The notes: generated by a model not told the origin, from the sequence alone. DNA of 64,000 bases from Octopus vulgaris (GCA_951406725.2 OX597821.1:66216001-66280000); one strand, 5' to 3'; positions 41,314-53,089 are shown, numbered from the stretch's first letter. Numbers and translations are program-made.

Positions 41314-41457
41314 AGTGGCTATGCGGTAAGTTCCCAACCACATGGTTCCGGGTTCAGTCCCACAACGTGACACCTTGGGCAAGTGTCTTCTACTATAGCC
41401 TCAGGTCGACCAAAGCCTTGTGAGTAGATTTGGTAGATGGAAACTGAAAGAAACCCG

Positions 41458-41546
<89 letters not shown>

Positions 41547-41763
41547 TGTATATATATGTGTGTGTTTGTATGTCTATTGTGTCACCCCACCATCGCTTCA
41601 CTACCGATGTTGGTATGTTTACTTCCCCGTAACTTAGAGGTTCGGCAAAAGTGACCGATAGAATAAGTACTAGGCTTGCAAAGAATAAGTCTTGTGGTTG
41701 ATTTCTTCGACCAAGGGCAGTGCTCCAGCATGTCCCCAGTCAAAATGACGGCAACGAATAAAA

Positions 41764-41766
<3 letters not shown>
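41314..41766 (+). mobile_element. SINE family A
   Basis: Colinear with the consensus. Confidence 0.88.
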
Positions 41767-41822
<56 letters not shown>

Positions 41823-42270
41823 TAAATTAGAGACAAAACCACTATTAGGCAAATCAAACAATGAAAAACTTAAGCCAATACATAAGATTATTTAATTTAT
41901 ATTATTTAAATATATAACAAAATTATTAAAAAAACTATAATTAATATCACACTACGTATTTGGTTTGCAAGATTCTTTATATGAGTTCGTGTGTTGAAGC
42001 ATATTTTGTTGTGTCTGGGAAGAGTCATTCTCTTTTAGTTCCTTATAATTTAACACACTCACCAGTAAAATTTCCACTTTTTTACTAATTTATTTTCCCT
42101 AAAACTTTCGTTCCGTCTTGCAACCTTTTCAAAAGTCGTTGACTCTCCGTTATCCGAGCTGCGTTCTTTTTGTTTGTTTGCACGCATATGTGTGTCAGTG
42201 AGCGCGCATACACGCATGTATGTATGTATGTATGTATGTATGTATGTATGTATGTATGTATGTATGTATG

Positions 42271-42785
42271 TTGAGGTCAGGTCACTTTCGAGTGCTACTG
42301 ATAACATGTAACCCAGTACAACCTGTTGCATGGTCGGGTCGTCGGCGACTAAATCGGCAACCCCACCAAGCTTGCTTGGTGAGGAGGGTGTCTATTGGAC
42401 ACCCTGCAGGATGAAAAACAAAACCTGTCAAAGGGCGGAGGAACTCTTGAGAGTCAACGGCTATCCAATTAAATGTTTTAAGTTTGTATCATGCGCGGTT
42501 AAACCATTGGGAGTGAAGGACTCCTAGCCTTTGTTAGGGCATCCTTCTAAGAGAAGGTAACTCAGGTAACAGGGATAACTCTGACATAAAACCTGCGGCT
42601 CAGTGGTTACCGATGATGTTGACGTGTTCTTCTTTTCGGATTATGGCTGCTGTTGCTTAGTGGGTGGGATTGACTCAGTGCACAGCCTTTCCTCACTTTA
42701 AAAAAATCTTCTTGCACAGGCGTTGCACGATAACAAGATTAAGCTTCGTGCAATGACCATACTCGATAACGAGGGAGCAGCCACC
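42271..42785 (+). mobile_element. Non-coding element inside (TATG)n, possibly RTE-derived non-autonomous
   Basis: Complex sequence flanked on both sides by (TATG)n. GGGCATCCTTCTAAGAGAAGGTAACTC resembles RTE 5'-UTR motifs as I recall them. Confidence 0.5.
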
Positions 42786-43332
42786 ATGTATGTATGTATG
42801 TATGTATGTATGTATGTATGTATGTATGTATGTATGTATGTATGTATGTATGTATGTATGTATGCATGTATGTATGTATGTATGCATGTAAGTGTGGGCA
42901 GGTATGTATGAATGTGTGTGTGTGTGTCTTTGTCTATGTATGTGTGTACGTTGGTATGTATATATTCTTCATATTCATGTGCTTGCGTGTTCGTGTTTCT
43001 GTGTTTTTATGTGTGTATTTGCATATGTGTGTGTGTGTGTGTGTGTACTTCTGTCTCCTTGTGTGTGTATGTCTGAATGTGTCTGTGCATGGGTATTTGT
43101 GACTATGTACTGTGTCTTTATGCATGTATGTGTGTCTCCATATGTGTCCTTGTGTGAAGTGAATTGTGTGTGTATATGGTCAAGTGTTTCAGTCTTCATT
43201 TGCATATGTATGTGTGTATGCGTGCTTGTCTCTTCATATTTCCTATATACCTATCCGTCTATGTATCTACCTGTTTACATTCATATCTATTTACCTACAT
43301 TCATATCTATTTACCTACATACATATACGTAT

Positions 43333-43382
<50 letters not shown>

Positions 43383-43467
43383 ATGCACACAACTACATAA
43401 GGACCCGCTAACCATTCTACCTGTATATATATATGTATAAACTCTGGGTATAGGGGTATGATTACCT

Positions 43468-45272
43468 ACTACGTATATTTCCTATTTAGTAATTTGGATA
43501 TTTCCTTTATGAGGACGTACTCCTGTATTTGTTTGAGTGTTGGGTCCTTTGGGTGCTTGGATAAAATGTGGATGTCAAGTTGATCCAGGTTGCCTCAATG
43601 TCGGTCCTTGGCATTTTGGTAGAGTATGCAGGACTGTTTTTTGTCGTCATATTGTCTCAAATTTTCATTTAGTCGTTCCGCAATGCTCCTAGATGTTTGT
43701 CCCATGTATGTCATGTTTTTGTCGTTACAAACACCTTCTATGTACCTTATACTGTAGACTACATTTCTAGTTCTACAATTAATGTCAAGGTTAATCCTAA
43801 ACACTATGCTGTTATCATTGATGCTTATGGTATTCTCAAAGGGGTACGTCCTACATAGTTGTGATCTGATGGCATTCCCTGGCTTTTCAACGATCTTAAT
43901 GTTGAGTTTGGTCCCCTTCAGAGCTTTCCCAAATCTACGGGCTAGTTCTCTATGGGCTGTGGCCTCTACAAACATCACTCCTTGATATTTGTTGGCTTTA
44001 TACCACGTGTTCACTCTGTTTGCTTTTTCACAAGCTCTTTGTATTCTATTCCAGTCTTTACTTCTATATCTAGGACAAGTACCACTGGTTTCATTACCTA
44101 CAATGTTATCTAACTTCTTTCTAGCACACCTGTATACTGGAACCCCATCTTTCTGATCGTATCCAGAGAACTGCATGCCTGCATGAAGTTCTGTACATAC
44201 ATCTTCGTTTCATAGGTTTTGCATAGTGGGGACAAGTTGTTCATTATCCTAACTAAGTCTGCTATCAGTATGTTAATTTTCATGTTGTGTGACAAAGCTG
44301 GGTTCTTGTCAACAACATATTTCGAAACTATGGGTTTCATGTAATAGGAGTGGAGGAGCTGCAATCTGTTGTTCAGTCTCTAACCAAAGTTCAGTATCAA
44401 GGACGGGGAGTCTATTGTTGGGTTGCCTAGTGGGATCATCTATAGTTACCTTGATACTTTGGTGGATGGAGTTGGCTACTTGCTGAATGCTCTCCATTAT
44501 TTTCCTCTCGGTTTCTACATTACCGTACTAGATTTGGTCTTAACTAGGATATTAATGTCATCTACATTCCTACTGCAAAGTAAAAGAGTTGTGGACTGTT
44601 CTGCTAAGGATTGTTTAAGTTTTCTGTCCAACCAGGTCATGAAGAGGTTGGCCACATCTCCAGCTACACCGACACCAATGGCTGCACCTTGATCTTTCAT
44701 GTATAGTTTCTCGTTAAACTTTAAGAATGGTTCTTCAAGGTGGTTCTTACACTAGTCCCTATTGCATGTGCAATCATTCCTTTCATTTGATTGTTGTTCT
44801 CAGGATCTTGGGTGGGTAAGGTCCAGCGAATCCAGCGATCTGTGGTGCTTTTCTTCCCTGCCGAGGTGATGGTGGGTGGTTTTCCCCTCTGTGACCTAGA
44901 GGGGCAGAATCTACTGAGGTCATGGCCGTCTAAATAGTCACTGTCGTAGCTTAGTCTAAGGAGGATGTCCAGTTCCCTAGTATGGACTTCATGGAACTCG
45001 ACTTCACTCTCACAAATTATCCCAATGCATTTCTCCACAGCAAAATCTATGTCTATAGATGAGTAGAATGAAATCCCATCCATACTACTCACTACACAAC
45101 CTGTGAGGTCGTTGGAGTGGTTGCAAGTACTGATTCTACTGAGGAGATACTCCTTGCTCAATCAGACATCCGGGGACATGTCTATGAGAGGTCGAAATAC
45201 CAATGAGAGTTCGTAATACCAACGACCTAACAGGTTGTGTAGTGAGTAGTATGGATGTAATTTCACTCTACC
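43468..45272 (-). mobile_element. Decayed Penelope-like element (RT + GIY-YIG endonuclease), 5'-truncated with an inverted segment
   Basis: Frameshifted ORFs: SMDGISFYSSI (RT motif A region), QGAAIGVGVAGDVANLFM.WLD...RNVDDI (motifs B/C), LPVLDTELW, then CRTRNVVYSI...YMGQTSRSIAERLNE (GIY-YIG) and DPTLKQIQE...LN. 45219-45272 is an inverted copy of 45062-45115. Confidence 0.9.
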
Positions 45273-46524
45273 CAAAGTACAAGCTCATGCATATGTTTAT
45301 AAGAAATGTAGACCACAATCACTTAATTACATAAAGAAGAATCAGAGTCGGAATGGGAGGTGCTAATAGTAGAGGAGTCGGAGTCGGAGATTTTTGTTTG
45401 GACTCCACAGCCCTGATTAATTCAGAACGGAATGAGACGGAAGATATGCTATAAAGCATTGTGTCCGGCGCAGTGACAATCCTACCAGTTCAGCCTTTAA
45501 CACCATTCATTGTATTCAATAAACCTTAAAAGTTTGAATGAGGAGAAACCGTGATTAAATGTCTGAGACACAGAAACGAAATTGTTTAAAATAACTTGCC
45601 AGACGACATACTTTCGTAAAATGGTACGCCTATATAAGCGTGGCAGATGGCAAATTGGCTGAGTCGCTACATCATCTTGCGGTTATTCATACCGGCTCTC
45701 TGGATACTGAGTTCAAATACCGCTCTAGTCAACATCCCGCCATTCATCATTTAATGGTCCCATAAATAAATTTACTAGATCAGGGCGGTGGATCTGCTCT
45801 GAATTTTTACTTTCTGAGTTGAGAATCATTCGTGGTATCGATGAACAGGACTAATAATATTATTATTAAATCAAACCGGTCAACTCTAAAAGTGGTCAGT
45901 GCGGACAGTTATGCCTATATGTGGTCTTGATAAACCGACGAAGTCGTAATGTGTGGCTTTATCCAGCAGTAAATCGAAAACAGCTGAAAGGAATGAAAAT
46001 GAGAACACGACGTAATGCATGCCATGAACAAAATCATAAAGAACCAAATGCGGCCTCAGCGCCCTAGCTTACCGATGCCTCGTATAAAACTATCACATAT
46101 GTGTGTGGAGTAATCAAAAATTACAGAATCCTACCTGAATATTTCATGGAGCTTAAAATGACTGGACGAAATGTCATAATATGTAAGTTGAGAGAATTAT
46201 CAGATGACGTCTGAATTATCTTGAACGGCACCTGACGTCATAAATTGGTCACATGACTCGTGATGTCATTTGTCTTTTATCTTTCATCACAAGGGTATTC
46301 CGTAAAGTTCACGAGAAGGAATGTCAGCATGGTTGAAATTTTTTGAATAATTATGTAGAATTCAGGTCAGCGCAATGAGTGAAGTAGAGCTGCTGCTGTT
46401 GCAAGTATTTTTGTTATTCCACCAAATTTTAACTCTCGTTGATCAAGTATCAAATCAAAAGCGTGCCAGCCCTGACCAGCCCGACTTTAAAAATATTGTT
46501 TTGATATCTAAGACAAGGAGAAGG

Positions 46525-46900
46525 TAGCGAGCTGGCAGAATCGTTAGCACGCCGGTCAAAGTGCTTAGCGGCATTTTACTCGTCTTAACATTCTGAGTTC
46601 AAATTCCGCCGTGGTCAACTTTGCCTTTCATCCTTTCGATAGAATAAGTACCAATTTATTACTGGAGTTGATGTAATCGACTTGGCCCCGGCCCCGAAAT
46701 TGCTGGCCTTGTGCCAAAATTTGAAACAATAGGGTGTGATTTGAAGGAAGAAGCTCGACCGATGTTAGTGTGTTTACGTCCTCGTAACTTAGCAGTTCGG
46801 CAAAAGAGACCGATAGAATAAGTACTAGACTTACAAAGATCTGTTCGACTAAAGGCGGTGCCCCAGCATGGCCGCAATCAAATGACAGAAACGAATAGAA
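46525..46900 (+). mobile_element. SINE family B followed by the 3' part of SINE family A
   Basis: GAGCTGGCAGAATCGTTAGC... then CCGATGTTAGTGTGTTTACGTCC...GGCGGTGCCCCAGCATGGCCGC. Confidence 0.8.
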
Positions 46901-46984
46901 GGATATACTACGAATCATTTGATATTTAATATATTATATAATTTGTATACAATACTATAATAATATTATAAATTCACTTCCTTC

Positions 46985-47074
46985 CTCCCAACGCCCCCTT
47001 AGGAACCAGCGCCCACCTGGACCGCCTCAACGCCACCGGGTAGGGGTGCGGTAGCGCCCACTTCGAGAACCTCT
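46985..47074 (-). mobile_element. hAT (Charlie-like) MITE terminus
   Basis: The minus strand begins CAGAGGTTCTCGAAG, like hAT-Charlie TIRs, followed by GC-rich subterminal sequence. No partner end was found. Confidence 0.4.
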
Positions 47075-47123
47075 GGAATAGAGTAAAGTGCTCACTCTAA
47101 AACAAGTATTTGGGTAAAGTCTC

Positions 47124-47302
47124 TATTCTGAGTGAGGACAGCTTTGTGTTTTTCCTCACCACGTGTGACGGAGGCTCTGAAAAAGGGCAGTAGAAATTTC
47201 TCCATCGTAGTCTGTGTAGGAAGGGCAATTTCCATTGCATTTTTAAAGGGTCCCCATCACACGTGGTGAGGGAAAAAGACAAAGTTGTCCTCATTCGAAA
47301 TA
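47124..47302. repeat. Palindromic MITE-like hairpin (~180 bp)
   Basis: TGAGGACAGCTTTGTGTTTTTCCTCACCACGTGTGA pairs with TCACACGTGGTGAGGGAAAAAGACAAAGTTGTCCTCA, with further inner pairing. Confidence 0.8.
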
Positions 47303-47318
47303 CTTATTCTGAATATGT

Positions 47319-47660
47319 GAAGGCGCATGGTTCAGTGGTTAGAACGTCGGGCTCACAATCAAGAGATAGTAAGTTCGATTCTCAGGCCGGGCTGAGTTGT
47401 ATTCTTGAGCAAGACTCTTTATTTCACGTTGCTCCAGTTCACTCAGCTGTAGAAATGAGTTGCAACATCACTGGTGCCAAGCTGTATCGGCCTTTGCCTT
47501 TTCCTTGGATAACATCAGTGGTATAAAGAGGGGAGGCTGGTATGCATGGGCGACTGCTGGTCTTCCATAAACAACCTTGCCCGGACTTGTGCCTGGGAGG
47601 GTAACTTTCTAGGTGCAATCCCATGGTCCTTCATGACCGAAGGGGGTCTTTACTCTTTTA
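47319..47660 (+). mobile_element. SINE family D (tRNA head, CORE-like segment)
   Basis: TGGTTCAGTGGTTAG...AGTTCGATTC, then CTTGAGCAAGAC. Relatives lie at 56145-56380 (-) and 56513-56650 (+, head only). Confidence 0.8.
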
Positions 47661-47754
47661 CTCTATTCTGAGTGGGACACTCGGTTGCTATTTCTAACAA
47701 GTCGTAAGAAAGCGTAGAGGTTCCCTTTCAGTTTGAGGATTCTTCTCTTAATTA

Positions 47755-48130
47755 ATGATGATGATGATGACGATGATGATGATGATGATGATGATGATGG
47801 TAATGAAGAATAGTGTTGGTGATGGTGTTAGTGATGGTCGTAATTGTGTAAAGGATAATGGACGATGATGACGATAATGATAGTTGTGGTGGTGATGATG
47901 ATGATGATGATGATGACGACGACGACGACGATGACGGAGGATGGTCGTGTTGGTGGTGGTAGAAACCGTTGTGGTGGTGGTGATGATGATGATATTGGTG
48001 ATGTTGGTGACGATGATGATGTCAATGATGTTGATAATGATGATGATGATAATGTCGATGATGTTAATGATGATGATATTGATGATGGTGATGTTGATAT
48101 TGGTGATGATGATGATGATCATAATGATGT

Positions 48131-48162
<32 letters not shown>

Positions 48163-48499
48163 GCCTTGATATCCTAAGACGTGTTGATAAGATTAGCAGA
48201 AGCTCTCACCGGAAGTGTTTGCTTCTAACCGCCATGTTATGGCAATGGAAAGAGCAAACTCTATTAGCAGCGGCGGTAGTAGAAGTGGTACCAACAGTTA
48301 GAGCTGCAGCAGTACCGGTACGAGGTGTGCAGTAATGTGCAGTAATTGTAGCTGTAAGTAGTAGACTAATTACAACTGCTGCTGCTGCTGTAGGAATACT
48401 AATCAACAACAATAGTCATAACTACTACCACCATCACCACCACCACTACTGCTTTTAATATAACTACTCTTCTACTACTACTACTACTGCTACTTGTAT

Positions 48500-48532
<33 letters not shown>

Positions 48533-48605
48533 CACCACTACTACTACTACTGCTTCTTGTATTACTACTATTACTACTACCACCACAACCACCACTGCCA
48601 CCACG

Positions 48606-48662
<57 letters not shown>

Positions 48663-48756
48663 GATGCTGCTGCTGCTGATAATAATACCATCACTATCAC
48701 CACCACCACTGCTACTGCTGCTACAACGACCACGACCACCAATACCATTACTGCTG

Positions 48757-48817
<61 letters not shown>

Positions 48818-48927
48818 CACCACCACCATAACCACCACCACCACTACTACTACTGTTGCTGCTGCTACTAATACGCATAAGTCTGCATAGTAATGCATAA
48901 TGCTGCTGCTGTTACTACAGCTGTTGT

Positions 48928-48969
<42 letters not shown>

Positions 48970-49132
48970 AGCTGCTGCTGCTGTTTCTGTATTGATGTAT
49001 TTGTTTGGTACACGCCATAACATAGTTAGAGGTGTGTGATGATGGCAGCGGCAGACATCGTGGTTTAACATCGGACTGCAATAATCCAAAGGAGGAGCTT
49101 CCTCTTCCTCCTCCTCCTCCTCCTCCTCCTCC

Positions 49133-49172
<40 letters not shown>

Positions 49173-49316
49173 CCTCCTCCTCCTCATCATCATCAGCAGC
49201 AGCAGCAGCAGCTGCTGTTGTAACGAGAGCAGCAGCAGCGGCAGTAGGAGCAGCAGCCGATACTAAGTATTATTAGTAACACCTCGAATCTCTTGAGATA
49301 CCTGTAACAGCATCTT

Positions 49317-49350
<34 letters not shown>
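47755..49350. repeat. Patchwork of trinucleotide repeats (GAT, ACT, ACC, CCT, CAT, CAG)
   Basis: Directly visible. It produces spurious poly-Ser/Val/Asp/His ORFs. Confidence 0.9.
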
Positions 49351-49457
49351 TCTGTTAATGCTGTTGCTGTTGCAGTTTATCTTTCATCTTAATTCTTTCC
49401 TCTTTTACTTGCTTTTTGGACATTGGATAGCGGCCATGCTGGGGCACCGCCGTCAAC

Positions 49458-49493
<36 letters not shown>

Positions 49494-49494
49494 T

Positions 49495-49913
49495 CTTTTA
49501 TTCTTTCATTCGTTTCAGTCATTTGACTGTGGCCATGCTGGAGCACCGCCTTTAGCCGAGCAAATCGAACACAGGACTTATTCTTTGTAAGCCTAGTACT
49601 TATCCTATCGGTCTCTTTTGCCGGACCGCTAAGTGACGGGGACGTAAACACACCAGCATCGGTTGTCAAGCGATGCTGGGGGGGGGGGGATGCAGACACA
49701 CAAACACATACACACACACACACACACACGTATATATATAGATACATATATACGACGGGATTCTTTCAGTTTCCGTCTACCAAATCGACTCACAAGGCTT
49801 TGGTCGGCCCGAGGCCATAGTAGAAGACACTTGCCCAAGGTGCCACGCAGTGGGACTGAACCCAGAACCATGTGGTTGGTAAGCAAGCTACCTACCATTG
49901 CCACTCCTTCGTC
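49495..49913 (-). mobile_element. SINE family A, full length
   Basis: The head on the minus strand is GACGAAGGAGTGGC (consensus GGCGCAGGAGTGGC). Body and tail are complete. Confidence 0.92.
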
Positions 49914-49920
49914 TTGTGAC

Positions 49921-50031
49921 GCTTACAGCACCTAGGTTTCCCAAGCGGTCACCTATCTAAGTACTAACTAGGTTCGACATTGCTTAACTTCGGTGATCAG
50001 ACGAGAACTGGTGCTTTCAATGGTCGTAAGC
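49921..50031 (-). pseudogene. 5S rRNA pseudogene (about 7-nt deletion in the 5' part, no oligo-T terminator)
   Basis: Minus strand GCTTACGACCA-TTGAAAGCACCAGTTCTCGTCTGATCACCGAAGTTAAGC...TTAGTACTTAGATAGGTGACCGCTTGGGAAACCTAGGTGCTGTAAGC matches the metazoan 5S pattern. Terminal helix GCTTAC/GTAAGC; box A is intact and box C is altered. Confidence 0.92.
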
Positions 50032-50035
50032 CATA

Positions 50036-50169
50036 TGTATATATATAAAACAATTTCAACGGATTTCGCCCAAATTTGACGTCGATGTTACTTAGTTTGG
50101 TTTGAAATAAAGAACTCGATTAGCATAATAATCGTAAATTAATCTCGGGCAAAGCCGAGTTATACTGCT

Positions 50170-50171
<2 letters not shown>
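50036..50171 (+). mobile_element. Mini Helitron-like element
   Basis: Starts in TATATATAAAA and ends with hairpin CTCGG(GCAAAG)CCGAG then TTATACTGCTAG|T, the same 3' signature as the 22458 element. The 5' TC is not clear. Confidence 0.55.
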
Positions 50172-50216
<45 letters not shown>

Positions 50217-50251
50217 TCTCTCTCTCTCTCTTTCTCTCCCTCTCTTTCTTT

Positions 50252-50289
<38 letters not shown>

Positions 50290-50297
50290 CATACATA

Positions 50298-50374
<77 letters not shown>

Positions 50375-50895
50375 CATACATACATATATATATATATTCA
50401 CATACACATATATGGTGGGCTTCCACGCAGTTTCTGTCCACAAGTTTCACTAACAAGGCATTGGTCAGCCAGAGTCTGTAGAACACACTTGCCCAATGTT
50501 TGAACCCGAAGTCACGTGGTTTGCAAAACTAGCTTCTTAACCATACAGCTCTTTTCTGTGTGCGCCTACAGCGACTCTTATTTTGTACTTGCTTCAACCA
50601 CTGAACTGAAACCATTCTTTTGGTAAGATCAGCCGTAGTGGATATATAATACTGAACACTTATAACTTCGCTTTGAAAAGGAATTATATTCATTCTTCTC
50701 TCAAGAATTATTCCCTCTCTATTTCCGTAATATTTAGTTTTATTACTGTTAGAAACAGCTCCTTTATCCTAGATTCTAATTTAAAGTCAGAAGTCTGAGC
50801 AATTTTAAATGTAAAAATGTTCATATATATCAATTACTTATTTTGGCACCGCCTTCAAGAATTTTTGGTGGAATAAATCGACTCCAGTATCTGTT

Positions 50896-50969
50896 GTCTC
50901 TGTGGCGCAATCGGTTAGCGCGTTGGGCTGTTAACCGAAAGGTTGGTGGTTCGAGCCCACCCAGAGACG
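50896..50969 (+). tRNA. tRNA-Asn(GTT) gene or very young tRNA-derived retrocopy
   Basis: GTCTCTGTGGCGCAATCGGTTAGCGCGTTGGGCTGTTAACCGAAAGGTTGGTGGTTCGAGCCCACCCAGAGACG has a perfect acceptor stem and A/B boxes, anticodon GTT at 50930-50932, one G:G mismatch in the anticodon stem (50925), and TTTT at 50977-50980. Confidence 0.9.
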
Positions 50970-51497
50970 CAAGTCGTTTTAAATGGTGGTGCCCCAGCAT
51001 GGCCACAGCTCGTGAGCTGAAACTACATGAATATATATATATATATCTTCACTCCTGGTGCTGTATGAACATTTAATGTGGTTTTAGAGTCAAGTTTTAG
51101 CTGCTATTTCCAGCGTGGTGGTATGTCTTAGATATCCTAAATTATAATCTTAATAATAGTTATTACCCTTGAAGGTTTTTATTCCCATGCTGGCCACTTA
51201 ATAAGATCGATATTTAGATTAACGATCTTATCCTTATATAAATATATATATATATATATCGTTGCTACTATGTTAAAACTGACGTATGTAAAATGCGATT
51301 TTTTTTCAATATTTATTTTTGCTTGCACTAGACGGTCCTTTTGGTCAAAGTTATCGTGTCTCCAGCTACTTCAGATGCCAGGAAATCAAAAGTTGTCAGT
51401 GTAGTACAACGGTTTCACTATGGAATTGTGAAGCTATTTGTTTGTTTTCCGAAAAAAGCAACGTTTTGGACTTAAAGACGCTTTTGCATAATACCAA

Positions 51498-52325
51498 CGT
51501 GGACAATTTATCAAATTTCCGCTAGTGGACAGTTGATCGAGTTTACACCAGTAGACAGTTGATCGAATTTTCGCTAGTGGACAATTGGTCGAATTTACAC
51601 CAGTGGACAGTTGATCGAATTTGCTCAAGTACACAGTTGATCGAATATATACCAGTGGACAGTTGATCGTATTTGCGCTAGTGGACAGTTGATCGAATTT
51701 TCGCTAGTGGACAGTTGATCGAATTTCCGCTAGTGGAAGGTTGATCGAATTTTCGCTAGTGGACAGTTGATCGAATTTACACCAGTGGACAGTTGATCAA
51801 ATTTTCGCTAGTGGACAGTTGATCGAATTTTCGCTAGTAGACAGTTGATCGTATTTACACCAGTGGACAGTTGATCGAATTGTCTCTAGTGCACAGTTGA
51901 TCGAATTTACACCAGTGGACAGTTGATCGAATTTCCGCTAGTGGGCAGTTGATCGAATTTTCGCTAGTGGAGGGTTGATCGAATTTGCACCAGTGGATAG
52001 TTGATCGAATTTTCGCTAGTGGACAGTTGATCGGATTTTCGCTAGTGGACAGTAGATCGAATTTTCGCAAGTAGATCGAATTTTCGCAGTTGATCGAATT
52101 TTCGCTAGCGGACAGTGTAACGAATTTACACCAGTGGGCAGTTGATCAAATTTACAACAGTGGACAGTTGATGGAATTTACACCAGTGGACAGTAGATCG
52201 AATTTCCGCTAGTGGGCAGTTGATCAAATTTTCGCTAGTGGACAGTTGATCGAATTTTCTGTAGTGGAGAGTTGATCGAATTTACACCAGTGGACAGTTG
52301 ATCGAATTTCCGCTAGTGGACAGTT
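51498..52325 (+). repeat. 26-bp minisatellite, about 30 units, two alternating variants
   Basis: AGTGGACAGTTGATCGAATTT followed by ACACC or (T/C)CGCT. Confidence 0.95.
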
Positions 52326-52519
52326 TGGATCATCCATAACTTGCAGTAAGCAACATTTATTAAACGTTATTACTGTTACTTCTTTATTTTCTGCAAACAA
52401 AATGCACAAAAATGTTACACGTTTGCATTGTTATATATACAATAATAATAAAGTACGTTATCGTATACATTTTTACAAACCAAGGACGTTATATAGACCT
52501 CCTTGACTCAATTCAGAGA

Positions 52520-52623
52520 AGGGGTGCGTATTATACACAAGGTTTAGGTTTTTCAGAGATACAGCCCCCTAAAAATCCCCTGCGTATTATACTCAAGGGC
52601 GGACTATACACGAGCATTTACGG
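52520..52623 (-). mobile_element. Tc2/pogo-like DNA transposon terminus
   Basis: Minus strand TA|CCGTAAATGCTCGTGTATAGTCCGCCCTTGAGTATAATACGCA, with the internal repeat GCGTATTATAC. No partner TIR was seen. Confidence 0.55.
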
Positions 52624-53089
52624 TATTTTATAGTTTATGTCTCAAATTACATATAGCTAAAAAGATAACCTTCTTTCTCTCTAAACACAAACATTATAAA
52701 TTAGCTTCATAAAGTTATAACAGTTCAAAAATGTCAACATCTGATCTTTATTAATAAAAGTTCGATGCATTAGAGATGGATGCTTTCCTGTCGGCAACCC
52801 TCATCACTTTAGTATGATACTTTGTTTTTTCAAATAAGAGATCTCTTAATCTACATGTCTTCGAAACCTCTAATGGAGAATAGTCAGAATAACACTAGCC
52901 TACTTCCAAACTATGTGGTCTTGGATTCAGTTCCATCGCGGAGTACCTTGGGCAAGTGTCTTCAGCTGTATTCTTAGAACGACCAAAACCTTGTGAGTGG
53001 ATTTGGTCGACAGAAACTTGAAGAAAGTCCGTCGTAGATATGTGTATGTATGCGTGTTTGACGTTGTGTTTGGCCCTACCTTGTGTTTG

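Noticed and set aside
43595-43597. In-frame TGA inside the PLE GIY-YIG region as selenocysteine (Naiad-like)
   Set aside because: It is not at an evident conserved Cys position, the element has many other lesions, and no SECIS-sized sequence is visible before the flanking simple repeats.
48399-49081. Ser/Gly-rich and poly-Val ORFs as structural protein exons
   Set aside because: Pure trinucleotide patchwork that is open in several frames on both strands.
49921-50031. Functional 5S rRNA gene
   Set aside because: It has an internal deletion, an altered box C and no terminator, and it is a solitary copy among repeats.
51498-52325. CRISPR array
   Set aside because: There are no unique spacers (only two 5-nt variants) and no cas genes, and the context is eukaryotic.
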